Under the pieces are notes generated by a model that was not told the origin of the DNA, searched no databases, and worked only from the letters and a program-made list of their open reading frames with translations. This document shows, piece after piece, positions 8,023 through 20,882 of a DNA stretch of 64,000 nt (within the stretch, counting starts at the first letter, position 1; each line of letters opens with the position of its first letter). Source of the stretch: Candidatus Latescibacterota bacterium (lineage in GTDB: Bacteria; Latescibacterota; UBA2968); the NCBI GenBank assembly GCA_965208125.1, contig OZ242320.1, positions 4,512,001 through 4,576,000 of the forward strand, in the 5' to 3' direction. A program made the translations under genes and the position numbers.

Positions 8023-10005
8023 ATGGCTGAAATCAAAAGGAAACTCTTTCCATCATCTGAGTTGGCCGAGGATAGCCTGCGCTGGACTGTCGTGGTGCTT
8101 TTCTCGGCCACCTTAGTTTTTGCCTGTGTTGCCGCAACGTTTTTGGAGTTCAAATCTCGTTCTGCACATATGGCGATGGCGAATCTGCCTCTGGCGGTGT
8201 TGTTGCCCTTTATGGCATGGCTTCTGGTGAATGCCTTTTTGAAGCGGTTCGCGCCTCGCCTGTCTATGACTTCTGCAGAGTTGAGATTGGCGTTGAGCAT
8301 GCTATGGGTGGGTGGATCATTTGCTGGGTATAACTGGATTACGCAGTGGGTGGGTGCGATGGCGGCACCGAGATATTATGCGTCGCCCGAGAACCGGTGG
8401 CAGGAGTTGATTTTTGACTATTTGCCCTGGTGGATGTTTCCTTCGAATTTTCCCGGGGTGACAGAGGGATTTTTTTTGGGACTGGAGGAAGGTGCGGCAG
8501 TGCCCTGGGGAGCGTGGATAGCTCCGATTTTTTGGGCGATGTCCGCCGGCTTGGCGATGACGGCTATTGGACTGGGTTTGACGGCGGTGTTCCAGAAGCA
8601 GTGGGTTCGGCATGAAAGGCTGACGTATCCACTGGCGCAGGTCCCCCTCGATTTGACGGAAGGGTTTGACGGCAAGCGCGGCTGGCCCCCATTTATGCGG
8701 AATTGGCTGTTCTGGGTGGGGTTTACCGTGGCTGCTCTCCCTTTGTTGTGGAATCTGATTGAATACTGGACGCCGGGTTTTCCCAGGCTGGCAATTTTTG
8801 ACCCTTATTACGGTCCAAGAGGTCCCAGGGGTGCTGCATTGTCGCGTTATTTGCAGCCGTTCTCTTATCGGATTTTACCCCCTGTGCTGGGGTTCACCTT
8901 TTTGTGCGATCTGAATATCCTGTTTAGCATCTGGTCTTTGTGGCTGGTCGGTCAGGTGGGACTTTACGGGATGTCCAGGGTTGGATTTTCAGTGGGTTTG
9001 GCCGGGCAAGAGGCTAAACCCACTGCGATTTTGGGCTTGTTCACCCATGGCGTGAGCATGGGGTTGGCGATTTGGGCAATTTGGGTTGCTCGCGGTCATC
9101 TGCGAAAAGTTTTTCGGCAGGTGTTACGCCCGCCCATAAGCGGGGAGGCGGAAACCGCGATTTTATCTCCTCGATTAGCCGTGTTTGGGATTTTGGGCGG
9201 CGGTATTTATATGGTTTTCTGGCTGTACAGCGCGGGTTATAGCGCGGGGATTGGGCTGGCCTGGCTGTTGCTTTTCTGGGCGAGTATTCTGGTGGTGATG
9301 AAGTTTTTGGCGGCGAGTGGGTTTGCGTATCTGTTTCCGAGTTTCGGTACTTCGATTCTGGATATGACAGTGGGAGCCAGCCAGATGCAGGAATCTACGC
9401 TGGTAGGGCTTCGGCTGGTGAATTGGCGTTTGCTGGCAGGTTGGCGTTTGCCAGCAGCATTGCCCCATGTGGAACGCCTGGTGAGGCCAGCAAAGCGGGT
9501 TGGGTGGGTGGTAATTGGGAGCCTGATGCTGGGGATGCTGGCGGCAATTATTTACACAGTTGCCATCTGCTATGAATCGGGGGGGAGCACTTTCCGCACA
9601 TGGTCTCTGGTGGGCGCGCCAGTGGGGATGTACGAGGGTATTGCCAAGGCGGTTGCAGAAACGAATCCGACTGTGACCGATCCGGGAAAAATTGGCGTGT
9701 GGATTCTGGGCGGTGTGATCGCGGGGATTATTCAGGTGATGCAGAGTCGGTTTTCCTGGTGGCCGTTTCATCCGCTGGGTGTGATGCTGATGTCGAGTGG
9801 TTATGTTCGGCTCTATGTGCTGGATATTTTTCTGGTGTGGCTGAGCAAATTGCTGGTTCTCAGTTTTGGGGGTATTTCACTTTACCGAAGGGGCAAGCCG
9901 TGTTGTTATGGGTTGATTGTGGGATACGTGTTTGCCGTAGGGTGTTCTTTTTTGATTGATTTGATCTGGTTCCCAGAAGGTGGGCATTATATACACGGGT
10001 ATTAG
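8023..10005 (+). CDS. DUF6785/DUF6784-like polytopic membrane protein (putative transporter)
   Basis: Many hydrophobic segments; QW..HERL.YPL, WWPFHPLG, GG..LYRR motifs; paralog of 36918-38873. Confidence 0.75.
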   Translation: MAEIKRKLFPSSELAEDSLRWTVVVLFSATLVFACVAATFLEFKSRSAHMAMANLPLAVLLPFMAWLLVNAFLKRFAPRLSMTSAELRLALSMLWVGGSFAGYNWITQWVGAMAAPRYYASPENRWQELIFDYLPWWMFPSNFPGVTEGFFLGLEEGAAVPWGAWIAPIFWAMSAGLAMTAIGLGLTAVFQKQWVRHERLTYPLAQVPLDLTEGFDGKRGWPPFMRNWLFWVGFTVAALPLLWNLIEYWTPGFPRLAIFDPYYGPRGPRGAALSRYLQPFSYRILPPVLGFTFLCDLNILFSIWSLWLVGQVGLYGMSRVGFSVGLAGQEAKPTAILGLFTHGVSMGLAIWAIWVARGHLRKVFRQVLRPPISGEAETAILSPRLAVFGILGGGIYMVFWLYSAGYSAGIGLAWLLLFWASILVVMKFLAASGFAYLFPSFGTSILDMTVGASQMQESTLVGLRLVNWRLLAGWRLPAALPHVERLVRPAKRVGWVVIGSLMLGMLAAIIYTVAICYESGGSTFRTWSLVGAPVGMYEGIAKAVAETNPTVTDPGKIGVWILGGVIAGIIQVMQSRFSWWPFHPLGVMLMSSGYVRLYVLDIFLVWLSKLLVLSFGGISLYRRGKPCCYGLIVGYVFAVGCSFLIDLIWFPEGGHYIHGY

Positions 10006-10009
10006 GGCG

Positions 10010-12040
10010 TCACTCCCGAGAGAGGTGCGGCAGGTAGCCCTGTTGCTGGAGTATTTGAATCAGAGATTTGGGTTTTGCCGTATTGTTGAGGGTTGCAATA
10101 GTTGGAGAAATGCGGTCATCCAGTGCCTGGGCGATGCGGGGCTGGGCGTAGAGTTCGTCGAGCAATTCTCGCGTGGCGGTTTTGACACGTCCGATAGCGG
10201 GGAGGATTTCGATCTCGCCGTATTTGTCGTCACATTCGGCAATTAAGGTATCGACCATGTCGGATAGGCCGCTCGCGCTGTGCTGTGTCAAAAATGCGCG
10301 TATCTCGTCCCCTGACAAACCGCGTGAAAATGCGCGGCGAATTGAGTCGCGGGAGAGATGGAAACACGTCATTACATCCTGTGTTTTTAGGTCGCCGAGG
10401 ACGCAGAGTCTGAGATAGTGCGCGCAGGGAAGATCTGGTGGAGATAGGACTTCAAAATTGGGCTGTACAACAAATTTTGCATCTGAATTTTGCAGGGGTA
10501 TTTGTTCGGTCAGTGCATCGTCATGCGTGTCGTGCAACAGGGCGTAGCCCGCAGGCGTGATCTGAAAGACCGCCTGTTTGCTTTGCTGCAATGGTGTGGA
10601 GAAATCGGGGAAGTTACTCACGCGAACAACGCCCATATAGGTGAGTGCACCTGTGATGGTGCGGCGCAGCAATTCATCGGCGGTGGTTCCGGTATGGGAT
10701 GGGTCTTTGGCAAAATGCCGAAAAGGCTCTGAAAGTCGCGTGAGAAATTGATAATACGACGGGTATGTTATCCATGTATCGGTGGGGCAATGCCGAAGGC
10801 TCCGCACGATTTCACTGCGAATATTCTTGAGTACTTGCATTCGGGCACTGGTGGCTTTGGTGCGGTCGGAAGACCACTCATTCCACCGTTCGCTGTGAAA
10901 CCAGAATTCAAAGCACGCCTTGCGTATGTCGATGATTTGCCCGACTCGGGTGCCAGCATCTGGGGCTGTATGCCAGGTTGTATCATGGGGTTTTACCAGT
11001 TCCGTAGTTTCGGCAAAGAGCGTGAGAAATTCAATATAGCCCGGATCGTCCTGGATATGGCAGTATTTGTTCGCGTCGCGTAAATCGGTTTTGGATATGC
11101 CGCCGTGTTTGAGCCTGCGGGGCAAGCGTTGTGTAACAATGCCGAGCAGTGTGGTCAGATCCCGGATGAGAAAGGCGGTATTTTCGCGTATTGCGACGGG
11201 AGCGATGGCGGAGGTTTCGAGGAGCGTTTCGAGACTGCTTTCGAGTTGTCCGCCCTGGGATTGAGCGATTTTGGATAGGGCAGCGCACAGGTCTGAAGCG
11301 AGACATATCGCGGCGTTGGGGGCGTGAAGATCGCGGTTCGGCGCGTAAAAGATCGGCATTTTCCAGAGCATGTCTTCCAATTCGCGGACTGCGGATTCCC
11401 CCAATTTGTCGGCGACTTCGCTGCGTGTGATTGCGTTGGACGGGAGGAATAAGTCAAGGATGGCGCGGCGGTCTTCGCTGAGTGTGTTGAGGTAGGCGTG
11501 CAGTGTTTTTGTATCGAGCAGAGCATTTCTTATGGCGTTGGATACGATGGGTTTGCGCGTGTCTGAAGGGCGCAGACCAATCTGATCTGCAAAAGCTCGG
11601 AGCAAACCCACAGAGACGGGTTTCAAGATGACGAGCAGTCGGCCCTGATCCGCATCGGGAATGGGGATGGATTTGAGCAGCGATTCGGGTATGCCGATTA
11701 GAACGTCTGGATCACCCAGTGTGTGTGCGTCTCGAAATACGAGACCGGTCAGATCCCTGAGTTGTGCATGAAGACGGGGAAGAAATCCGTTGGCAAATTT
11801 TTCAACGGCTTCGGCTTCCAATAGCTCGCCCCCTTCGGCGGCAAGGGTCTGTACCATTGCGCGCTGTTCTGACGATAGGGAACTGAGGCGTTTGGCTATG
11901 TACTCTGGGTCGGGGAGTATGCGACAGAGGGCGTCGGCGAGGATGGTCTTGTTGCTGCCAGTGAGATCAATACCCACATCGCGGGCGAGTTGACAGAGCG
12001 TATCGAACGGATATTGCGTGAGAGCGGTGCGTAGTTTCAT
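10010..12040 (-). CDS. Helicase-associated domain protein (XPB partner, Helicase_C_3-like C-terminus)
   Basis: C-terminal VVQPNFEVL.PP...LSRDSIRRA..G...EI..FL..HS resembles the N-terminal domain of the XPB at 15276-16964. Confidence 0.75.
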   Translation of the reverse strand: MKLRTALTQYPFDTLCQLARDVGIDLTGSNKTILADALCRILPDPEYIAKRLSSLSSEQRAMVQTLAAEGGELLEAEAVEKFANGFLPRLHAQLRDLTGLVFRDAHTLGDPDVLIGIPESLLKSIPIPDADQGRLLVILKPVSVGLLRAFADQIGLRPSDTRKPIVSNAIRNALLDTKTLHAYLNTLSEDRRAILDLFLPSNAITRSEVADKLGESAVRELEDMLWKMPIFYAPNRDLHAPNAAICLASDLCAALSKIAQSQGGQLESSLETLLETSAIAPVAIRENTAFLIRDLTTLLGIVTQRLPRRLKHGGISKTDLRDANKYCHIQDDPGYIEFLTLFAETTELVKPHDTTWHTAPDAGTRVGQIIDIRKACFEFWFHSERWNEWSSDRTKATSARMQVLKNIRSEIVRSLRHCPTDTWITYPSYYQFLTRLSEPFRHFAKDPSHTGTTADELLRRTITGALTYMGVVRVSNFPDFSTPLQQSKQAVFQITPAGYALLHDTHDDALTEQIPLQNSDAKFVVQPNFEVLSPPDLPCAHYLRLCVLGDLKTQDVMTCFHLSRDSIRRAFSRGLSGDEIRAFLTQHSASGLSDMVDTLIAECDDKYGEIEILPAIGRVKTATRELLDELYAQPRIAQALDDRISPTIATLNNTAKPKSLIQILQQQGYLPHLSRE

Positions 12041-12062
12041 GATGGACACAGTAAAAATAAGA

Positions 12063-12082
12063 CACTTACAAAACTGTAAGTG
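12063..12082 (-). terminator. Intrinsic terminator after tRNA-Ala
   Basis: cacttaca-aaac-tgtaagtg hairpin followed by a T-rich tract on the minus strand. Confidence 0.65.
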
Positions 12083-12094
12083 CCTAAAAAAAAG

Positions 12095-12167
12095 TGGAGC
12101 CGAGCGGGATCGAACCGCCGACCTTTTGACTGCCAGTCAAACGCTCTCCCAGTTGAGCTACGGCCCC
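12095..12167 (-). tRNA. tRNA-Ala(GGC)
   Basis: GGGGCCGTAGCTCAACTGGGAGAGCG...TTTGA-CT-GGC-AG-TCAAA...GTTCGATCC...CGGCTCCA; G3:U70 present; CCA not fully encoded. Confidence 0.97.
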
Positions 12168-12184
12168 ACATCTATACGCGATTA

Positions 12185-12213
12185 AGGGTAACAAAATAGG
12201 GTAGGTGTGTCAA
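12185..12213 (-). promoter_or_regulatory. sigma70-like promoter of tRNA-Ala
   Basis: TTGACA-17bp-TACCCT on minus strand. Confidence 0.6.
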
Positions 12214-12227
12214 GTAAAAAGCCGATC

Positions 12228-12300
12228 GCGGATTTAACGGATTTGGGGATTGTGCGGATTAAACCCTATGCGTCAGTGAACGGATTAACTGCGTGGATTT
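12228..12300. repeat. Degenerate GGATT array with ~9-bp period
   Basis: GGATT at 12230, 12239, 12247, 12256, 12282, 12295. Confidence 0.5.
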
Positions 12301-12315
12301 GCCTCACTCAAGAGA

Positions 12316-15275
<2,960 letters not shown>

Positions 15276-15286
<11 letters not shown>

Positions 15287-16964
15287 CAAAGACATCGTCT
15301 GCGTCTCGAATGGTGTAGCGGTAGCCCTGTTCGGTGAGGAAGGTCTGGCGATTTCGGGCAAATTCTTGTTCGCGGGTGTCGCGCGTGACCAGGGTGTAAA
15401 AATGAGCCAGACTGCCGTCGGATTTGGGACGCAAAATGCGCCCGAGGCGTTGGGCTTCTTCCTGGCGCGAGCCATAAGTGCCAGAAATTTGAATGGCGAC
15501 GCTGGCGTCGGGCAGATCGACGGCAAAATTGGCGACTTTGGATACGACGAGGATCTTGATTTTGCCCTTTCGAAATGTTTCGTAGAGGTGGTCGCGGTCT
15601 TCGCTGGGAGTTTTGCCCATGATTATCGGGGCGTCGAGTTCTTGTGCAACATATTCAACCTGGCGGATGTATTGCCCAATGACGAGGATTTGGTCGCCTT
15701 CGTGTTTTTTTAGCAAATGCTTGACCATGTGGATTTTGTCGGCATTTTCCGATGCGATGCGGAATTTGGCGCGTCTATCTGCTATGGCATAGCTGAGCCG
15801 CTTGCCCTGTGGCAATGGCAGGCGAATTTCACAGCATTCTGCGGTTGCTATCCAGCCGCTGGATTCAAGCTCTCGCCAGGGCACGTCGTAGCGCTTGGGG
15901 CCGATGAGCGAAAAGACATCGGTTTCGAGGCCATCTTCGCGCACGAGGGTGGCTGTGAGACCGAGACGCCGCCGGGATTGCAATTCGGCGGTAAAGCGAA
16001 ATACGGGCGCGGGAAGCAGGTGGACTTCGTCGTAAATAATGAGGCCCCAATTGCCCTGATTAAAAATACCGAAGTGGGGGAAGTCTTCCTCCCGGCTCTT
16101 GCGATAGGTCAAGATATTGTACGTAGCTATGGTAATGGGCCGAATTTCTTTGCGCTCGCCGGAATATTCGCCTATCTGATCGTCGGTGAGGCTCGTTTTG
16201 TCGATGAGTTCTGCTTTCCACTGGCGCGACGCCGTGATATTGGTAGTCAGAATCAGGGTTTCGCACTGGAGGGTATTCATCGCGGCCATGCCCACAATGG
16301 TTTTGCCCGCGCCGCAGGGCAAGACTACTGTGCCACTTCCGCCATCGGGACCTCCGCCCGCGTGGAATATATCGACGGCCTCGCGCTGATAATCGCGCAA
16401 TGCAAAGGGATTGCCCGATAGAGCAGTCTGGCGATGTCGAAATTTGAGTGTTCTGCCTTTGAGGTATCCCGCGCGATCTTTGACCGGGAATCCGATGCGC
16501 GTGAGAGCCTGTTTGAGATGTCCCCGATACAGGGGCAAAATGCGAATGCGATGGGCGTCGAGTCGCTTTTCAATATAGGGCTGGACGGTTTTGTGGCGGC
16601 AGATTTCAAGGATGATTAGTGGGTCTTCGGAAGACAGGATGAGCACGTCGCCTTCTTTGTCGAGATAGACTTTGCCATAGCGGCTCATTGCCTCTCGGAT
16701 TTCAACGCCCACATTCTGGGGGATATCGTATTTGCCGTAGGTTTCGAGAGTGGCGATGATTTCTTCGGTGGTGACGCCGGCTGCGGCTGCATTCCAGAGC
16801 GAGAGGGGATTGACGCGGTACGTGTGTATGTGCTCTGGGCTTTTTTCCAACTCGGCAAAGCGCACGAGCCGATCTCGCGCCGCTTCATATCTGGGCGAGT
16901 TGACTTCGACGAGAACCGTGAGGTCGCTCTGGATGATGAGGGGATTTTCGGGATTGTAGTTCAT
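15276..16964 (-). CDS. XPB/Rad25-type SF2 DNA helicase
   Basis: PLIIQSD..VL.EV, LRDYQ, LPCGAGKT, DEVH, GLTAT, SKVANFAVDLPDA, QRLGRILR. Confidence 0.95.
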
Positions 16965-16968
16965 ATTT

Positions 16969-18657
16969 TTATACGCGTTCTACCGTCACGTAATACGCAC
17001 CGGCGAGGCGATTGCCATTCGCGTCTATCCACCAGGTTTGCAAAGTTGTGGGACCGCTCGACAAATCCACTGTAAATGTTACGGATAGGTCATTGGGACG
17101 CACGTCCATTTCATGTTCAGAGCCGTCGATCTGCATCCACGCCCGATCTACAGGGAGTGCTTTTCCTGCCATCAATGTGCCGTCAACGCCTTCCATCACG
17201 GGGGCTGGTGCTGTAATTGCGAGATTCGATTCTCGGGGCCAGCGCCGCAAGGTGATGTCGTATTTCCCGGATTGTTCAACTGCGAGTTGCCAGATACCGC
17301 TGTCCATCACACATCCGCGCACGCCTCCTGGATTATCGCAATAAACGCCCATCCAATCGCAGCTGGACAATCGCGTGGATTTTTCCTCCTCTGTTCCAAT
17401 GGCAATGAGGAAGTATATATCGAGGTTTTTGCCGAACTTATCCCACCACGCATCGTAATGTGCCCGCATCTTTTGCACAACATCGGGATGCTGGTCGGCG
17501 ATGTTGTGTTCTTGTCCGGGGTCGCTGTCGAGGTGATACAACTCTGTGTAATCCACGAGACGCCAGCGATTCCAGACAACTGCGGCATTGCCTTTGCGCG
17601 TGGTTCGATTCCCCGTTGGGACATTGTGGCCGTATTGTACAACGAGCATCCGATCTTCCAATTCTTCGCGTTCGCGCAACAGGCCGGTTAGAGAAATGCC
17701 ATCACAGGCAGTTCCTTCTGGTGCGTCGAGGCCGCAGAGGGAGATCAGGGTTGGCAACACATCTGTACCGTGCGTGGGATCGGGTATATCGCGGGGATCT
17801 CCCAATTGTCCTTCGGGCCAGCGAATAAAAAACGGAACGCGGTGGCCGCCTTCATAGAGCGTGGTCTTTTTTCCGCGCATGCCGGCGTTGTACACCGTTT
17901 CTCCATTTGCCGTCCCATTATCGGTCATAAAAATCAAAATGGTGTTGTCGCGCAGTCCAGTTTTGCGGAGAAAGGCATCGAGTTTGCCTATGTTTTCGTC
18001 GATATTGGCAATCATTCCGTAAAAGCTGGCGACATTATATGCGACCTGCTCGAGATAGGGCTGGCGGTATTCGTCGGGAACCCACAGCGGGGTATGGGGT
18101 GCATTGGTGGCGATGTACGCAAAAAACGGCGCGTCGTCCTGTTCTTCTATCCAGTTCAGGGCTTCGTCAAACCACACATCTGTGCAATACCCTTCAAAAG
18201 CCTCAATTGTTCCATTGTGCCGATAGTGGTCGTCGAAATAATCATTACCAAAATAATCTGCAGCGGATGTAATGCCCCAGGCGGGATGGTGAATTGTTTC
18301 ATGAAAACCCCGGTCTTGTGGGCGGTAGGGATAATTGTCGCCGAGGTGCCATTTGCCAAAATGTCCCGTGCGATAGCCATTCATGGCGAAGATATCCGCC
18401 AGAGTCGGCAGTTCGGGATTCATCAGCGACCGCCCCATGCACACAAATGTGGCGCCATTGCGGAGTGCGTCTTGTCCTGTCAACAATTCGCCGCGCGTTG
18501 GTGTACACATGGGGGCGACGTGGAAATCCGTAAACCGAATGCTCTCGTCGTGTAACGCATCTAAATTCGGCGTTTTTATGACTGGATTGCCGTGGCAAGA
18601 GAGATCGCCATAGCCCTGATCATCGGTAAGCACAAAAATCACATTGGGTTTGTCCAT
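16969..18657 (-). CDS. Arylsulfatase
   Basis: PNVIFVLTDDQGYGD, CTPTR motif, GKWHLG, TDNG, YEGGHRVP. Confidence 0.93.
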   Translation of the reverse strand: MDKPNVIFVLTDDQGYGDLSCHGNPVIKTPNLDALHDESIRFTDFHVAPMCTPTRGELLTGQDALRNGATFVCMGRSLMNPELPTLADIFAMNGYRTGHFGKWHLGDNYPYRPQDRGFHETIHHPAWGITSAADYFGNDYFDDHYRHNGTIEAFEGYCTDVWFDEALNWIEEQDDAPFFAYIATNAPHTPLWVPDEYRQPYLEQVAYNVASFYGMIANIDENIGKLDAFLRKTGLRDNTILIFMTDNGTANGETVYNAGMRGKKTTLYEGGHRVPFFIRWPEGQLGDPRDIPDPTHGTDVLPTLISLCGLDAPEGTACDGISLTGLLREREELEDRMLVVQYGHNVPTGNRTTRKGNAAVVWNRWRLVDYTELYHLDSDPGQEHNIADQHPDVVQKMRAHYDAWWDKFGKNLDIYFLIAIGTEEEKSTRLSSCDWMGVYCDNPGGVRGCVMDSGIWQLAVEQSGKYDITLRRWPRESNLAITAPAPVMEGVDGTLMAGKALPVDRAWMQIDGSEHEMDVRPNDLSVTFTVDLSSGPTTLQTWWIDANGNRLAGAYYVTVERV

Positions 18658-18673
18658 AACCTCTCCGGAAATA

Positions 18674-19687
18674 TCATTTGTTTTGAAAAAACGCGCGATG
18701 AATGGTGAAAGATTTGGCGACGAGATCTACTCTCCTCAATATGGGAGCCTTTTTTTTGTTGGGCGAGTAAAGTCCTATGTCGATAAAAAATAGCCGGTTG
18801 AGATCGACATCGACAAAAGCATAGCTTTTAAAGGGGCCGCCTTTCCACTCGGCTTCATTTTCCCAAAGACCTTGAAGTACTACAGCGAGTTTGCCCGCAA
18901 ATTCGACCTGTCCAACGGTAACTTCGCCGTGGACAATGCGGTCGCCGCCAAACCACTGCCCCGTGATGTCGTCGCGTTTTTGAATAACCCAGTCTTCGGT
19001 GAGTTGGTCGGGGTGTACATCGTCTTCCCAATAAACAGAAAGCCAGCGATTGGGATTGTCTCTGGCAAGCACGACAAAGTTGGGATAGGTTTCGAGGATG
19101 CGATAGCCAAAGGGCACGCGCACATTCCAACCATAGGTCTCGGCGAGTTCCTGGGTGACATTTGTTCGTTCGCCAAAGCTGTAAACATTTTCTCGCACAC
19201 TGTGATCAACGGCATTTTCCAGAGTGCTGTACAGACGATCGGATTCCATAAAGAGGTTTTCAACGGTGGTGTCTATATCTTTCCCCGATACGATATAAAG
19301 GGTTTGATCTCTGGCCCACACATTTTTTTTCCAGGTTACACCTGCGCGACCGTCCAAAATGGTCTGTTGTACTTCGGGACTGAGTATTTCTTTGACGAAT
19401 TGCGCGGTGGGATGGTTGGTATTGAGGGGCGCGATAACCATGAGGCTTTTGCGCTGGTCGTGTTTGTGCGCGCTGAGAAAATTGACATCGCCCCATGCAA
19501 TTTCATAAATGCGCTCGGCCTGGGGCGTATAGATAACAGTTTCAAAAATTTCGCGGAGGGGGTCTTCCAGCGTTTGCCAATCGGTAGAGTCGGCCAGTAC
19601 GATGATTTTGCGAGCGGGACCGAGGGATTCGGGCAAGTGGTTGCCACATCCGACGCACAAGAGCAGGAAAAGTGAAAGAAGGCGCAT
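18674..19687 (-). CDS. DUF4837-like lipoprotein
   Basis: Lipobox LLLCVGC; PQ.E..Y, NVWA.DQ, GLW.....GGPF.SY, Y.P..KK motifs. Confidence 0.7.
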   Translation of the reverse strand: MRLLSLFLLLCVGCGNHLPESLGPARKIIVLADSTDWQTLEDPLREIFETVIYTPQAERIYEIAWGDVNFLSAHKHDQRKSLMVIAPLNTNHPTAQFVKEILSPEVQQTILDGRAGVTWKKNVWARDQTLYIVSGKDIDTTVENLFMESDRLYSTLENAVDHSVRENVYSFGERTNVTQELAETYGWNVRVPFGYRILETYPNFVVLARDNPNRWLSVYWEDDVHPDQLTEDWVIQKRDDITGQWFGGDRIVHGEVTVGQVEFAGKLAVVLQGLWENEAEWKGGPFKSYAFVDVDLNRLFFIDIGLYSPNKKKAPILRRVDLVAKSFTIHRAFFQNK

Positions 19688-19766
19688 AAAATGGTACCCA
19701 GTGGAAAATGGGGAATAAGAAAAGATAAAGATAATAGGATTTGGAGACAGAAACAATGTTCAAATT

Positions 19767-20882
19767 TTACGAAATATAGTGCCGTGGAAGACGCGTGCCG
19801 AGCAGGGAAACAACTTCGTGTGAAATACAATTTCCCCATTGGGCGAGGTCGTTCACAGTAATTTTGTGGTCGCCCTGTTGCCCGAGCAGGACGACTTCTT
19901 CGCCGACGGAAACAGGTGGTATATCGGTAATATCGATCATGATGACATCCATGCAGATTGCGCCGACAACAGGGCAGGGTTTTCCTCGGATGAGGACGTG
20001 GGATTTGTTGGACATGCGACGGTTGTACCCATCGGCATATCCCAGGGGCGCGAGGGCGATGCGAGAGGGGCGCGTGAGCGTGTATGTGCCGCCGTAACTG
20101 AGGGTTTGGCCGATAGAAAAATTTCGCACTTGTGCGATCCGCGCTTTGATAGATAGCGCGGGAGAAAGCGAGAGCGTGCCCGCACCTTGCGTGGGGGGAA
20201 TACCATAGGTGAGCAATCCCACGCGCACGAGGTCAAAATGCGATTCGGGCATGTGAACGGTCATGACGCTGTTGGCGGCGTGACGCCAGGGAACGGATAT
20301 GTCTGTGAGTTTGGACAGGCAGGAGGCAAATATTTTGATCTGATGGCGCGCCTTGTCCATGTCCTCTGCGCGTTCCCATGCCACATGTGTTGCGATACCC
20401 TCGAGGAATAAATGGGGATTCTGGGTGATTTTTTTGGCAAAGGCGAGCACTTCATCGGATGATAGGCCAAGGCGCCCCATTCCGGTATCGACTTTGAGGT
20501 GTATGCGGGCGCGTGTCTTGTAGCGTTTGGCTGCGGCTTCCAGTGGTGGTATCGCGGCGGGGTGACCGATGGTTTGAGACAGGTTGTGGGCAACAAGGCT
20601 GTCGGCCTGTTCGGGCATGGTGGGGATGAGTACGACAACCGGTGCTGTGATGCCCGCATTGCGAAGGGCAATGCCTTCTTGCAGCAGGGCAACGCCGAGT
20701 GCAGCCGCGCCGCCTTTTACGGCTGCTCTGGAAGCGGGTATGATGCCATGGCCGTAGGCATTGGCTTTGACAATGGCCATGACCTGCGTTGTTGGCGAGA
20801 CAAAATGACGGACTGCGGCAATATTGTTCGCAATGGCTGATAGATCGACTTCGAGCCATGCGGGACGGTCGGGTTGGGGCAT
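19767..20882 (-). CDS. alr: Alanine racemase
   Basis: VKANAYGHG PLP-lysine motif, HLKVDTGMGRLG, GYADG, ICMD. Confidence 0.97.
   Translation of the reverse strand: MPQPDRPAWLEVDLSAIANNIAAVRHFVSPTTQVMAIVKANAYGHGIIPASRAAVKGGAAALGVALLQEGIALRNAGITAPVVVLIPTMPEQADSLVAHNLSQTIGHPAAIPPLEAAAKRYKTRARIHLKVDTGMGRLGLSSDEVLAFAKKITQNPHLFLEGIATHVAWERAEDMDKARHQIKIFASCLSKLTDISVPWRHAANSVMTVHMPESHFDLVRVGLLTYGIPPTQGAGTLSLSPALSIKARIAQVRNFSIGQTLSYGGTYTLTRPSRIALAPLGYADGYNRRMSNKSHVLIRGKPCPVVGAICMDVIMIDITDIPPVSVGEEVVLLGQQGDHKITVNDLAQWGNCISHEVVSLLGTRLPRHYIS

Noticed and set aside
15296-15526. N-terminal extension of the UbiA ORF given in the track
   Set aside because: Overlaps the XPB gene out of frame; family motifs begin only after 15286
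17602-17614. ggttcgattcccc matching the tRNA-Glu T-arm (possible att site)
   Set aside because: Only 13 bp, lies inside an intact sulfatase reading frame and does not extend into the acceptor stem
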